From contig CATQHZ020000001.1 of the NCBI GenBank assembly GCA_958296135.2, forward strand, positions 1,728,001-1,792,000: a stretch of DNA of 64,000 nucleotides, given 5' to 3'. The stretch is from an uncultured Poribacteria bacterium (GTDB lineage: Bacteria > Poribacteria > WGA-4E > WGA-3G). Shown one piece after another: positions 19,949-31,912 of the stretch (its first letter is position 1; each line of letters begins with the position of its first letter). The translations under genes and the position numbers were made by a program. The notes under the pieces are model-generated. The model was not told the DNA's origin. It made no database searches and was given only the letters and a program-made list of their open reading frames with translations.

Positions 19949-20080
19949 ATTCAGTTTCCCCGATGAATCTTGTAAGGACAGATGTCCATATCTGTCCGCT
20001 GCGGGAGACACAGGCTGATATAGAAAGCCGCCCTTACACTGCCTGCATCTTAAGGGTGCTCAGTTCACCAAATTATTTTC

Positions 20081-20110
20081 TTGACATATCTCCGAGAAAT
20101 TTGCTAAAAT
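20081..20110 (+). promoter_or_regulatory. Sigma-70 promoter for sulfatase operon
   Basis: TTGACA-N18-TAAAAT with extended TG. Confidence 0.6.
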
Positions 20111-20256
20111 GGAGAAATGCCTCACGAAACTGAGAAAAATTGCATCACGCCCGATGGATTGATACCCAATTCATCTCTGTAGTTCGGGCTCAAGCCCCGC
20201 GGTCTTGAGTTACAGACGCGAGTTAAATCAACCTCATGGGGGATAAGTAGAAATAT

Positions 20257-21621
20257 ATGGCAGATACACAAAAACCTAACGTCCTTGTCTTTTTCACGGA
20301 TCAGCAGCGATGGGATACCTCCGGATTACACGGCAATCCGTTGGATCTGATGCCGAATTTTGACCGGATGGCGCAGCGAGGGACACACGTTCACCGTTCC
20401 TTCACGTGCCAGCCGGTGTGCGGTCCGGCGCGCTCATGCCTGCAGACAGGGCTTTATGCCACGCGCACCGGGTGCTTCCGCAACGGCATTCCGTTATCGC
20501 CGAACCTCAAGACGCTCGCGCACCACTTCGGTGAAGCAGGATATGCCACCGGTTACATCGGCAAGTGGCACCTCTATAGTGGGCGCGGTTCGGGCCCGGG
20601 GCCTGTCCCTGCTGCGCATCGCGGCGGTTACGATTCCTGGTTGGCATCCAACACGCTGGAATTCACATCTGATGCTTATCAGACGACGCTTTACGATAAC
20701 GACAATCAGCCGGTGGAGCTGCCCGGCTACCGTGTGGACGCGCTCACCGATGCCGTGATTCGTTACGTTGACAACCATAAGCAGGATCCGTTTTACCTGT
20801 TTACCTCTTACATTGAACCGCATCACCAGAACCATTTGGACGATTATCCGCCGCCAGATGGATATCGCGAACGGTATACAGGAAAGTGGATCCCGCCAGA
20901 CCTCGCCGCACTGGGCGGCTCAACGCATCAGCACCTCGGCGGCTACTACGGCATGGTGAAACGGCTGGACGAGGCGTTGGGACGCATTTTGGACGCGCTC
21001 AAGAGTCTCAACCTGCTTGACAACACGATTATCCTCTTCACGTCCGACCACGGGTGTCATTTCAAAACCCGCAACGGTGAGTACAAACGTTCGTGCCATG
21101 AGAGTTCAATTCGCGTGCCGACTGCGTTTCATGGGCCCGGGTTTATCAACGGTGGGCAAATCCAAGAGCTCGTCAGTCTTGTCGATTTACCGCCGACGCT
21201 GTTGGATGCCGCAGGCTTGGAAGTGCCAGGTGAGATGCAGGGACGTTCCATCCTGCCGCTCCTGCGTGGCGACAACGCCGAGTGGCCGGAAGAGGTCTTC
21301 GTTCAGATTAGCGAGGCGCAGGTAGGACGCGCGGTGCGAACGCAGCGTTGGAAATACGGCGTGGATGCACCCGATAAAAACGGCGGCAGGGACGCAGGTT
21401 CGTCGCGTTATGGAGAGCAATACCTCTACGATTTGCAGGCAGATCCTTATGAATTGCGGAACCTCATCGGCTTGCAATCACATGAAATTGTGACAGAGGT
21501 GATGCGGGAACGGCTGATTCGACGGATGCTTGAGGCAGGTGAAGAGGCACCAGCGATAGAAAAGGCACCGACGCAGCCGAGTGGGCAACGCCGCGTTACT
21601 GAAGCGGAGGCAAGGAGTTAA
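20257..21621 (+). CDS. Cys-type sulfatase
   Basis: KPNVLVFFTDQ, CGPAR formylglycine motif, IGKWHL, SDHG, LYDLQADPYE. Confidence 0.95.
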   Translation: MADTQKPNVLVFFTDQQRWDTSGLHGNPLDLMPNFDRMAQRGTHVHRSFTCQPVCGPARSCLQTGLYATRTGCFRNGIPLSPNLKTLAHHFGEAGYATGYIGKWHLYSGRGSGPGPVPAAHRGGYDSWLASNTLEFTSDAYQTTLYDNDNQPVELPGYRVDALTDAVIRYVDNHKQDPFYLFTSYIEPHHQNHLDDYPPPDGYRERYTGKWIPPDLAALGGSTHQHLGGYYGMVKRLDEALGRILDALKSLNLLDNTIILFTSDHGCHFKTRNGEYKRSCHESSIRVPTAFHGPGFINGGQIQELVSLVDLPPTLLDAAGLEVPGEMQGRSILPLLRGDNAEWPEEVFVQISEAQVGRAVRTQRWKYGVDAPDKNGGRDAGSSRYGEQYLYDLQADPYELRNLIGLQSHEIVTEVMRERLIRRMLEAGEEAPAIEKAPTQPSGQRRVTEAEARS

Positions 21622-21622
21622 T

Positions 21623-22768
21623 ATGAAAATCACAGATGTCAAAACCCTCGTGATGGGCACCAGTTGGCGAAACCTCACTTTCGTTAAAGTGGAAACCGAT
21701 GAAGGGTTAACCGGCGTTAGCGAAGTGCGGATGAACAACCGCACCGATGCACTTGTCGCTTATCTGGACGGCGCGAAGAAACGACACGTCATCGGCCGCG
21801 ACCCGTTCAACACGGAAGACCTTTATCAACGGATGTTCCGTAATGACTACGGGCGCGCTGGCGAAATCGTCGCTACCGGTATCAGCATCGTGGAAGTCGC
21901 ATGCTGGGATATCATCGGTAAGGCACTCAACCAGCCTGTCTATCGCTTGCTCGGTGGCGCGTGCCGCAACGAAATCAAGGCGTATGCAAACGGCTGGTAT
22001 CGCGTCGAACGCACACCCGAAGAATTTCACGCCGCCGCCAAAAAGGTGCTGGAGAAAGGCTATAAGGCACTCAAATTCGACCCGTTTGGTGCCGGTTACT
22101 ACGAACTCTCTTATGAAGAGAAGTTAAGGTCTGTCTCGCTAGTGGAAGCGGTGCGCGATGCCGTCGGACCTGACGTTGAAATTCTCGTTGAGATGCACGG
22201 CCGGTTTAGTCCCTATACCGCCATTGAAATCTCCGCGGAACTGGAGCAGTTCAAACCGAGTTGGGTAGAGGAACCGGTACCGCCGGATAACATCGCCGCA
22301 CTCGCGAAAGCGGCTGACAAGATTAACCTCCCTGTCGCTACCGGCGAACGGCTCCACAACAAGTTTGAATACCGCGAACTGATTACCCTACAGGCGGCGG
22401 ACATCCTTCAACCGGACATCACGCAGACAGGTGGCTTTTCTGAAACGAAGAAAATTGCGGCGATGGGCGATATGTGCTACATGACCGTGGCTCCGCACAA
22501 CGTCGGCGGGCCCGTCTCCACCGCGACTGCGCTGCACTTTGCTGCGTCTACGCCGAATTTCAAGATTCAGGAGCATTTCAACGATTTCTCCGAGGCGTGG
22601 GTGAAAGAGGCTGCAACCGGCTGCCCCGAAGTTATTGACGGCTATTTCAGCCTCCCCGGCGGACCCGGCCTCGGCATGGAATTAAACGAGGAGCTCATCG
22701 CCGAGCATCCCTATCGCGAGGGTTCATTCAATCTCTGGGAAGATGATTGGCATAAACGGGAGTATTAA
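21623..22768 (+). CDS. Mandelate racemase/muconate lactonizing family (sugar-acid dehydratase-like)
   Basis: VETDEGLTG, ACWDIIGKA, LKFDPF, EMHGR, VEEPV, TGERL, QPDI, APHN. Confidence 0.92.
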   Translation: MKITDVKTLVMGTSWRNLTFVKVETDEGLTGVSEVRMNNRTDALVAYLDGAKKRHVIGRDPFNTEDLYQRMFRNDYGRAGEIVATGISIVEVACWDIIGKALNQPVYRLLGGACRNEIKAYANGWYRVERTPEEFHAAAKKVLEKGYKALKFDPFGAGYYELSYEEKLRSVSLVEAVRDAVGPDVEILVEMHGRFSPYTAIEISAELEQFKPSWVEEPVPPDNIAALAKAADKINLPVATGERLHNKFEYRELITLQAADILQPDITQTGGFSETKKIAAMGDMCYMTVAPHNVGGPVSTATALHFAASTPNFKIQEHFNDFSEAWVKEAATGCPEVIDGYFSLPGGPGLGMELNEELIAEHPYREGSFNLWEDDWHKREY

Positions 22769-22910
22769 TACGGTTGCATAGATACCGTAGGGCGAGGGCC
22801 GTCACAGTCACGCCTACAGCAAACAGGCGTGTGTTGTCCCGCGTCAGCAGGCTACCTTTAACGCTGGCAATCGCTGCACGACGAGGGACAGGCCCTCGTC
22901 CTACGGTTAA

Positions 22911-25365
<2,455 letters not shown>

Positions 25366-25425
25366 GGTGGTTTGCCTCCCTGTCGTTAAGAAATTTATAT
25401 CAAATGGAAAACGAGACATATCAGG

Positions 25426-28400
25426 TTAGTAGGGTATCTGTTGCTGCGGAGCCGCATTCTCTTCTTCCTCCGCCGCCCACTCTTTCAGAAGGATACCCCG
25501 TTCTGCCAGTGCCACCATTTCAGTTTCAAGAGCTCTCTCGTCTTCCGCTTCCGAGCCGGTCAGAATGATGCCTCTCTGTTCCAACTTTTCGCGTTCGGTA
25601 GAAAGATTGCAGATGGATTGCTTCTCCGCGTGAACGCTTGGTTCTGCCGAGAGCATTTTACGCAGTTTCTGCATCGCTTTATGGACAGTGATTTCGCTTA
25701 TGCCGAACACCTCCAACAAGAGTCTGGCATCAAGAACATGCCGCCATTCGTCGTTTTTGCACTCGTTAAACGGCTTCATCCGACGTTCACGAATATTTGT
25801 AAACAACTCCCCTCCTGCCATCAACTGCCCATCGGTGAGTTCACGCACATCCAATGTCGGTAATGTTCGGAGCGAGTTTAACTTAATTTTTCCGCGCCCT
25901 GCCTGCTGTTTTCCACTATGCATCCAGTGGCAGAACCATCCCAACGTGGAATTGCACCATAGCGTGAACACTACTTCGTGCCGCGAGTCTACAAACTTAA
26001 CATTCGTTATTGCACTGACACCGATGGAGGGGGCCTCGGTAAACATCGCCAGTTGGGATGTCGCACTGAATGTCGGGAGCATATAATAGTGTGCGCGGCT
26101 GTTAACGCTCAGCACTTTTTCGAGTTGATGACGGTTTTCGCGCCGCACGAACCCCCGCGAATCGGGTTGGATAACCATCCCTCTCTGCTGTTGACAGTTG
26201 GCGCGCGAGATGCAGGGATACCCATCGCTTTCTGTGTCGTCAGTCTTCACGACATCCAGCGGTCCTTTTTTGCCACGGATTACGTCAGAATGGAATCCAA
26301 TTTCGGCGATGTCTTCAACATGACAAATTGGGATATTGAGATGCTTCGTTTGGAGAGGCAGACATATTCGCGCGTGGCGCAAGTGGTGGGCAACTTGGAG
26401 CAACGCCATCGATTTCGTTCGGTTCGCACTCCACGTATCGTTAAGCGGCAGCGGACAGTCCAATAGGTTGCCAATAGGTTGTGAACCAACCTGAAGGGTA
26501 TCACCTCCGCTTGGTAGGTTCTCGGCCTGCTGGACGTTTTTTAACCGATGGATGCTGTTCGCGATGAATTCAGCTTCCAAGTTGCTTTCGGGCCGCTGTT
26601 TCAGGCAGACGAATGTGCCTCTCCCGGTGTTTTTTCCAACCCCTTTCTTCGCGACTACCATGCACTCGGCCATGTTAGTATCAGCGGAGAACGCGCAGTC
26701 GGAAGCTCTCGCCGCTGCAATCGTCACAACGACAACGTCACGGTATTCGGTTGCTAACATGTTTCGCAATTTCGTGGCACTAGATCCGGCGAGAACCGCG
26801 GCAGTGAGGATAAACCCCATCGTCCCCCCGGGGCGCAACTTCCGATCGGCGAGGTCGATGAAATACGAACCTAGCCCGTATTGCCCATTAGCAACCCGGG
26901 AATCTTTTCTTTGGAGGGCATTCTGCATTTCTTTCTTGTCCTCCTCAGAGTGGAAGTTACTTTGGAATACAGACCGAGGCACTTCACTTGAATTTTCTGC
27001 GCCCGGACGTATAAACGGCGGGTTTTGGATGACAATGTCCATTTCGCCATCGGGAAATTCCCGTTTTATCTCAATAGATGTGCGCTCCGTACCACCAACC
27101 TGCTCGCCTTCGTTTTCCATCTCGTCAAAAAGCAGTTGGGTGTCAAGCAGTTCCAATGCTCCCACAGCGTAGGTGTCTGTATGCCGCTTCCCGTAAGGCG
27201 CGGTGATAACACGGGTTGCCCCGAGGGGTATGCTCGGCTGCGCGCTCGCCATCGTAGCAAACGTAATGTGCGTCGCATTCGGCATAATGTCAGTTCCCGC
27301 CAGATTGTTCTCCAGCATCTCCCTGTGGATTTCGGAGGCATCCCCACCGTTTTGTTCCCAGAGAGCCTGCACGCGCTTGTAAACGCCGTTCAGCAAAGAG
27401 CCCGTCCCACAAGCAAAATCCGCCACCTTCGGTAACCGTCCATTTGGCAGCTCAGGACACACTAATGCGGATAGCAGTGCGGCACTTGTCGGCAGGGTGT
27501 AGTTCGCCTTAATGTATTTCCTATCAACGATGAGCCGCTGGAATACCTCGCCCGCGAGTTCATGAATCTGCGAGAGTCTTGACTGCACGAGGTTGTTCGC
27601 CGCCGCGCACAGTTTTTGAAGCAGCTTGTTCACAAGAGCACCGTCGGTAGCGAATGCCTCTACCATCCGCTTGGCATCCCAAAAAATCGGCTGGTAGTTT
27701 ACCGCGAGGATAGTTTCCCAATCGTCTACGACAGCAGCCCAATTCATTACTCGTAACCGCTGTTCCAGAGATTTCACGGACTCCACCCGCTCTTTTCCCG
27801 CCAGCGAATCTTGGAACACGAATGCATCCGTGATGATAAGGCATGCCATCCGCGCAGTCTGTTTTCCGCGCTCCTGATGCAGGATAGCTTCCAAACTGTC
27901 ACCGATAGCCGGACGTTCCTGAACGGCGCGGTGTAACCATTTCGCAGCGACGTTAATCTCACGTTCTAGTTCCTCGGCAGCTTCGTCAATGCGTTCACTC
28001 GGCACTGCACCGACGTGTAGGGCATTTGCGACATCTCCCACCGTTCCTTTCGCAAACCCTTTGCAAGGGAACCGATACGGCTCGCCGTGACTTTGTCCCA
28101 TTAACAGATACTCCAACTCGTCTGTCTTGCGCAACCGCTCCTCAATGTCACGCTGTTCCACCCTTTGCAACCACTTCGGGTATCGAATTGCCATGACGGT
28201 GTGCATCGTATCGGTTACGTCAATGTAGTCCATTTCTAGCAAGCATCCGATGTGTTCCTGTGCCTGTGCAACAACATCATCAGACGAACCGATATATTTC
28301 GCCTCAATAGCGACAGGCTCATGCCCCTCTTTCGTCATAATAATGTCCGGTTGCCGTTGGCTGTATCGCAGCGGCTTTTGCTGCTGCCGCAGCGTCCAAC

Positions 28401-28467
28401 TTTTGCTCATGCTGTCCAAAATGCGGACTAGTTCATTTGTTATGGTGTTCTCGTTTTGTCTTAACAT
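25426..28467 (-). CDS. Fused type IIG-like restriction-modification enzyme (endonuclease + N6-adenine MTase + target recognition)
   Basis: N-terminal PDII...AIEAK (PD-(D/E)xK); VADFACGTGSLL (motif I); IQNPPF (motif IV); C-terminal WCNSTLG...LPTLD TRD-like region. Confidence 0.85.
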   Translation of the reverse strand: MLRQNENTITNELVRILDSMSKSWTLRQQQKPLRYSQRQPDIIMTKEGHEPVAIEAKYIGSSDDVVAQAQEHIGCLLEMDYIDVTDTMHTVMAIRYPKWLQRVEQRDIEERLRKTDELEYLLMGQSHGEPYRFPCKGFAKGTVGDVANALHVGAVPSERIDEAAEELEREINVAAKWLHRAVQERPAIGDSLEAILHQERGKQTARMACLIITDAFVFQDSLAGKERVESVKSLEQRLRVMNWAAVVDDWETILAVNYQPIFWDAKRMVEAFATDGALVNKLLQKLCAAANNLVQSRLSQIHELAGEVFQRLIVDRKYIKANYTLPTSAALLSALVCPELPNGRLPKVADFACGTGSLLNGVYKRVQALWEQNGGDASEIHREMLENNLAGTDIMPNATHITFATMASAQPSIPLGATRVITAPYGKRHTDTYAVGALELLDTQLLFDEMENEGEQVGGTERTSIEIKREFPDGEMDIVIQNPPFIRPGAENSSEVPRSVFQSNFHSEEDKKEMQNALQRKDSRVANGQYGLGSYFIDLADRKLRPGGTMGFILTAAVLAGSSATKLRNMLATEYRDVVVVTIAAARASDCAFSADTNMAECMVVAKKGVGKNTGRGTFVCLKQRPESNLEAEFIANSIHRLKNVQQAENLPSGGDTLQVGSQPIGNLLDCPLPLNDTWSANRTKSMALLQVAHHLRHARICLPLQTKHLNIPICHVEDIAEIGFHSDVIRGKKGPLDVVKTDDTESDGYPCISRANCQQQRGMVIQPDSRGFVRRENRHQLEKVLSVNSRAHYYMLPTFSATSQLAMFTEAPSIGVSAITNVKFVDSRHEVVFTLWCNSTLGWFCHWMHSGKQQAGRGKIKLNSLRTLPTLDVRELTDGQLMAGGELFTNIRERRMKPFNECKNDEWRHVLDARLLLEVFGISEITVHKAMQKLRKMLSAEPSVHAEKQSICNLSTEREKLEQRGIILTGSEAEDERALETEMVALAERGILLKEWAAEEEENAAPQQQIPY

Positions 28468-28573
28468 GACTTACTCCGTTAAAATTTTTAGGAAACCAGT
28501 CTCCAAACGGTATCGCTAGCGTCGGCGATTTTTAATTAGGATACGATGAGGTGACAAAAAAAGTCAACTATTT

Positions 28574-29182
28574 TTACACAACGTCATCAATCGCTTCGCA
28601 AACGTCTACGATGAAATTGACGGCCCGCTCCGAATCAGCAGGAGAAATCGGCCAACGAATCGCAGGCTGACCTGGGGAACTCGGGGCCCAGTCTGCCTCG
28701 TGGACAATCTGATTTCGGCGGTTGACGATGACCAAAAGCTGCGTCTTCACCTCTAGACCGGTGAGGTTGAGTTTCGCAGCAACAGCCGGCCACAACTCAC
28801 ATGAGGAAAAGAGCCGCACTGCATCGGCTATCTTGTCGGGGTGTTGCAACGCCTGATAGCCATGCTTTTTGCGGATCTCCGACTCAAGCCACTCGTTACG
28901 TCCGGGCCGAGCAATTGCTTCTATCACTGCATCCATGGCGACTTGGAAGCGCGAGAAAGCTTTCGTCTGTGGGCGTTTGCCATCGTATCCCTCCAGCATG
29001 CCAATCCGCGTGATTTCGTGGATGTAGAGGTCCATCGCGCTCACGGCCAGCACGATTTGCGAGCGGAGGAGATCCGTCAAATCCACGGCGGGGGTTGTCA
29101 ATTGGCCGAATGCGTGATATAAACCTCCGAGGGCGCGGACCCGTTCCATATTTTCTCGAAATTGTCCAATAGGGCTATTCAT
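28574..29182 (-). CDS. HEPN-domain protein (putative RNase)
   Basis: DLLRSQIVLAVSAMDLYIHE N-terminal helix and RNQIVH (Rx4H) motif; overlaps the upstream ParA stop by 8 nt. Confidence 0.8.
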   Translation of the reverse strand: MNSPIGQFRENMERVRALGGLYHAFGQLTTPAVDLTDLLRSQIVLAVSAMDLYIHEITRIGMLEGYDGKRPQTKAFSRFQVAMDAVIEAIARPGRNEWLESEIRKKHGYQALQHPDKIADAVRLFSSCELWPAVAAKLNLTGLEVKTQLLVIVNRRNQIVHEADWAPSSPGQPAIRWPISPADSERAVNFIVDVCEAIDDVV

Positions 29183-30281
29183 CTTTCGTCAGTGCGATGA
29201 TCCGGTCCGCGCCTGCGGCGAAGAGTTCCCGAAACTTCGACATCGCCTCCTTGGTATTTTCAAGAGGGTTTCCTGTTTGTCCGATTTGCGCATCAGTCAG
29301 CTCAAAAACCGGGGCTTTATATTCTTGTGAAAGCGCGATGAGACTGTTGAAGTCTGATACCTGGAGAAGTGGCCGTGCTATCATGAGTTCTCTCATGAAT
29401 TCTGGAAATAGGAGTTGGTCCGGTTCTGCGGAATCCGAGGCAATCCGGCTTGCCTCCTCATATCGCGCGTCAGGAAGGAGCATATCGTTTTCCCTAAGAG
29501 CGGGAATAAGCCTTGTCTCAATTCCGAATTTGATTTTGTCAATCCACCTTTGAAAGGCGCGAGCAGGAGTATCATCCCTGACGCGATAATTCTGAATTAT
29601 CGTTCCCAGAAACTTGGGTGACTTATCTGGGAACGGATAAATCGCGTCTTGTAAGAGAGAGGAAGTTTTTGCGTGCTTTGCCCACGCGGACCACTTCGGC
29701 AAAATTGAGGCAAGGCTCTCTGTCGCCATTGCGGAGAAGTAGTCCGGAAACATCGGCACGATGAAATAGTTGCTCGTCATGAGCAGATTCTGGTTCATCG
29801 GTCCAACGCTTGGGCTCATGTCCACCAAGATAAAATCGGCATCGTATTTCTCCGCGGTTTTCTCGAAAAGATGGTGGAGAGAGCCCGGCAGATTCTTGAG
29901 GGTGACTAGGGAACCGGATAACTCTTGTGCGATCCCCAAAGTAACTTCGTATCCGGCAATGCCGATGTGCCCCGGCAACAGGACCATATTCGGCTGGTCT
30001 TGGATTGGCTCACAAACTACCGGTTCAATGACTACGGGCCGTGATTCAAAAGCAGGGGAAAGTCCATTACGGATATTCCTCACCTCTTCGGATTCATAAA
30101 TTGAGTCAAAATCCCTGGCACCCTCAAACCCGAGCACCATGCCGGTGAGGTTACACTGCGGATCGCAGTCAACGATGATAACCTTCTTTCCTTTGTTGGC
30201 CAGCATCCAGCCGAGATTGAAGGTAGTCGTCGTCTTGCCGACACCGCCTTTGTGGTTGAAAAGCGCGATCTGTTTTGCCAT
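29175..30281 (-). CDS. ParA/MinD-family ATPase, long variant
   Basis: Deviant Walker A NHKGGVGKTT, DCDPQCNLT, LVDMSPSVG; 368 aa; no parB nearby. Confidence 0.88.
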   Translation of the reverse strand: MAKQIALFNHKGGVGKTTTTFNLGWMLANKGKKVIIVDCDPQCNLTGMVLGFEGARDFDSIYESEEVRNIRNGLSPAFESRPVVIEPVVCEPIQDQPNMVLLPGHIGIAGYEVTLGIAQELSGSLVTLKNLPGSLHHLFEKTAEKYDADFILVDMSPSVGPMNQNLLMTSNYFIVPMFPDYFSAMATESLASILPKWSAWAKHAKTSSLLQDAIYPFPDKSPKFLGTIIQNYRVRDDTPARAFQRWIDKIKFGIETRLIPALRENDMLLPDARYEEASRIASDSAEPDQLLFPEFMRELMIARPLLQVSDFNSLIALSQEYKAPVFELTDAQIGQTGNPLENTKEAMSKFRELFAAGADRIIALTKDE

Positions 30282-30314
30282 CGTAATTCTCCGATTGGGT
30301 TCTGTTTGGTGTTA

Positions 30315-30343
30315 ATTTTATCATAAACCGATGTTGATTTCAA
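30315..30343 (-). promoter_or_regulatory. Sigma-70 promoter of ParA-HEPN operon
   Basis: TTGAAA-N17-TAAAAT with extended TG. Confidence 0.6.
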
Positions 30344-30473
30344 GGAAAAATTGTCAATTAATACCAATTCAGGAGAAGCAGCCTCTTTGAGTAGGGGCCG
30401 ATACGTTTTTCTATAGACATATAGAGGTCCTAGCAGACCTAAAGAAGCGTTCCAAGAGACAGAACCCCTCCTA

Positions 30474-30830
30474 ATCCTGGAAATCCTGCTTCAGACAGTA
30501 AGAAAACGAAATGCTCCAGCTCTCTCCGGCACGACTTCCCCTACCGTCAATCCTGCCTCAAGAAGTGCGCGCACCGATTCAATATCGGAGGCGGGTCTGA
30601 CAGTTGTGCCCTCTCGCACAGGCTCAAGCACCAGCACCTCCCGGCCATCAATACCAGCATCAGTCAGGAGCGCGTCGCTGTGGGTGCTGATGGGACTATC
30701 CTGTTCAAAGTCGAGGTTAATTGATGATATTATACACGCTGTGTGTCTACTTGTCAACTTAAACAGGCAGCTCTGTATGAAAACGTCAATAGCACCAACA
30801 ACATCATCCTGAAAATCCTGCTTCAGACAG
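30474..30830 (+). repeat. 25-bp direct repeat pair
   Basis: ATCCTGRAAATCCTGCTTCAGACAG at 30474-30498 and 30806-30830 (one mismatch). Confidence 0.85.
30491..30700 (-). pseudogene. Remnant of the C-terminus of an ABC/AAA_21-type ATPase
   Basis: ISTHSDALL...EVLVLEP...EGTTV...ALLEAGL resembles the H-loop and tail of such ATPases; no N-terminus; bracketed by 25-bp direct repeats. Confidence 0.5.
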
Positions 30831-30843
30831 AATAAAAATTTTC

Positions 30844-30872
30844 TTGACATATTCCCCGAATTTCCATAAGAT
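30844..30872 (+). promoter_or_regulatory. Sigma-70 promoter
   Basis: TTGACA-N17-TAAGAT upstream of GAGGAG RBS. Confidence 0.55.
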
Positions 30873-30904
30873 ACATCCACAGAGTCAAAAACGAGGAGAA
30901 GACA

Positions 30905-31687
30905 ATGGACAACCTAGAGATGCTCCAATATCTGTTTGACTTGCAGGGATACATCGTCATTGAAGATGTGCTGACACCCGCCGAGGTCGCGGAGCTGAAC
31001 AACCTTATTGACGCGCAGCAACTGCCGCCGCCCGGAAAAATCCGACGCTTCGGCGGTGCAGCAGGCGGCGCGCCCGAAGGCTCCGGATTTCTGGAATGGG
31101 GACACCCCTTCTGCGAGCTACTCGATCATCCCCGCATCTTGCCGATGCTCCAGTTCATGCTCGGAGATAGCATCCGGCTGGACAGGATTTACGGTATGTA
31201 TATGGAGGAAGGCATGTCCGCCGGGGCACTGCACGGCTCGAATACGCCGTATTCGCCCGGCGAATTCTATCACGTCCGAGACGGCAGGATTCATAACGGG
31301 TTCACGGTGGTGACGTGGAATTTGGCGGATACAGGACCGGACGCTGGCGGATTCTGCTGTATCCCCGGCAGCCATAAGAGCAACTTTAAACTTCCACAGG
31401 AAGTCTTCAAGGCACCGGAGAAGGCGAGCTGCGTGACGGTTCCGGTGGCGAAAGCCGGCTCGGCAATCCTCTTCTCGGAGGCCCTGACGCACGGCACGGC
31501 GATGTGGACAGCGAAGCATCAGCGGCGTTCGCTCCTGTATAAATACTGCCAATCGCAGATTGCGTGGGGTGCTGGGCGCGTCAGACCGCCGTCCAACGTT
31601 GAATTGACCTCTCGCCAGAAATTGCTCTTTTTGGAACCGGCGAATCCGGGGAATTTTTATCCATCCCTTTTCGCCGCAGCCTCGTAG
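30905..31687 (+). CDS. PhyH-family Fe(II)/2OG enzyme, HGS variant
   Basis: FDLQGYIVIEDVL, LHGS in place of HxD, IPGSHK, THGT, RR. Confidence 0.87.
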   Translation: MDNLEMLQYLFDLQGYIVIEDVLTPAEVAELNNLIDAQQLPPPGKIRRFGGAAGGAPEGSGFLEWGHPFCELLDHPRILPMLQFMLGDSIRLDRIYGMYMEEGMSAGALHGSNTPYSPGEFYHVRDGRIHNGFTVVTWNLADTGPDAGGFCCIPGSHKSNFKLPQEVFKAPEKASCVTVPVAKAGSAILFSEALTHGTAMWTAKHQRRSLLYKYCQSQIAWGAGRVRPPSNVELTSRQKLLFLEPANPGNFYPSLFAAAS

Positions 31688-31912
31688 AGTCAATAACGCC
31701 CTAGTAACGTAGCGCAGGGGTATATCCTCCGCAAGCGATGAATGTTCTGGAACTGTAGCGCGGGGGCCTATCCCCCGCGATTGTGACACGGCGAGGGGGA
31801 ACCCTCGGCGATTCGCGCTCGCCGGGTTTTCCCTCGCCCTACGGGAAGGGGTGCCGGTTTGGGACATAACCCGATTGAATCTTATCGGAACGAGAAACAT
31901 AGGAGAATCGCG

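Noticed and set aside
29175-30281. Chromosome or plasmid partition locus
   Set aside because: No parB or recognisable parS; the coupled partner is a HEPN protein.
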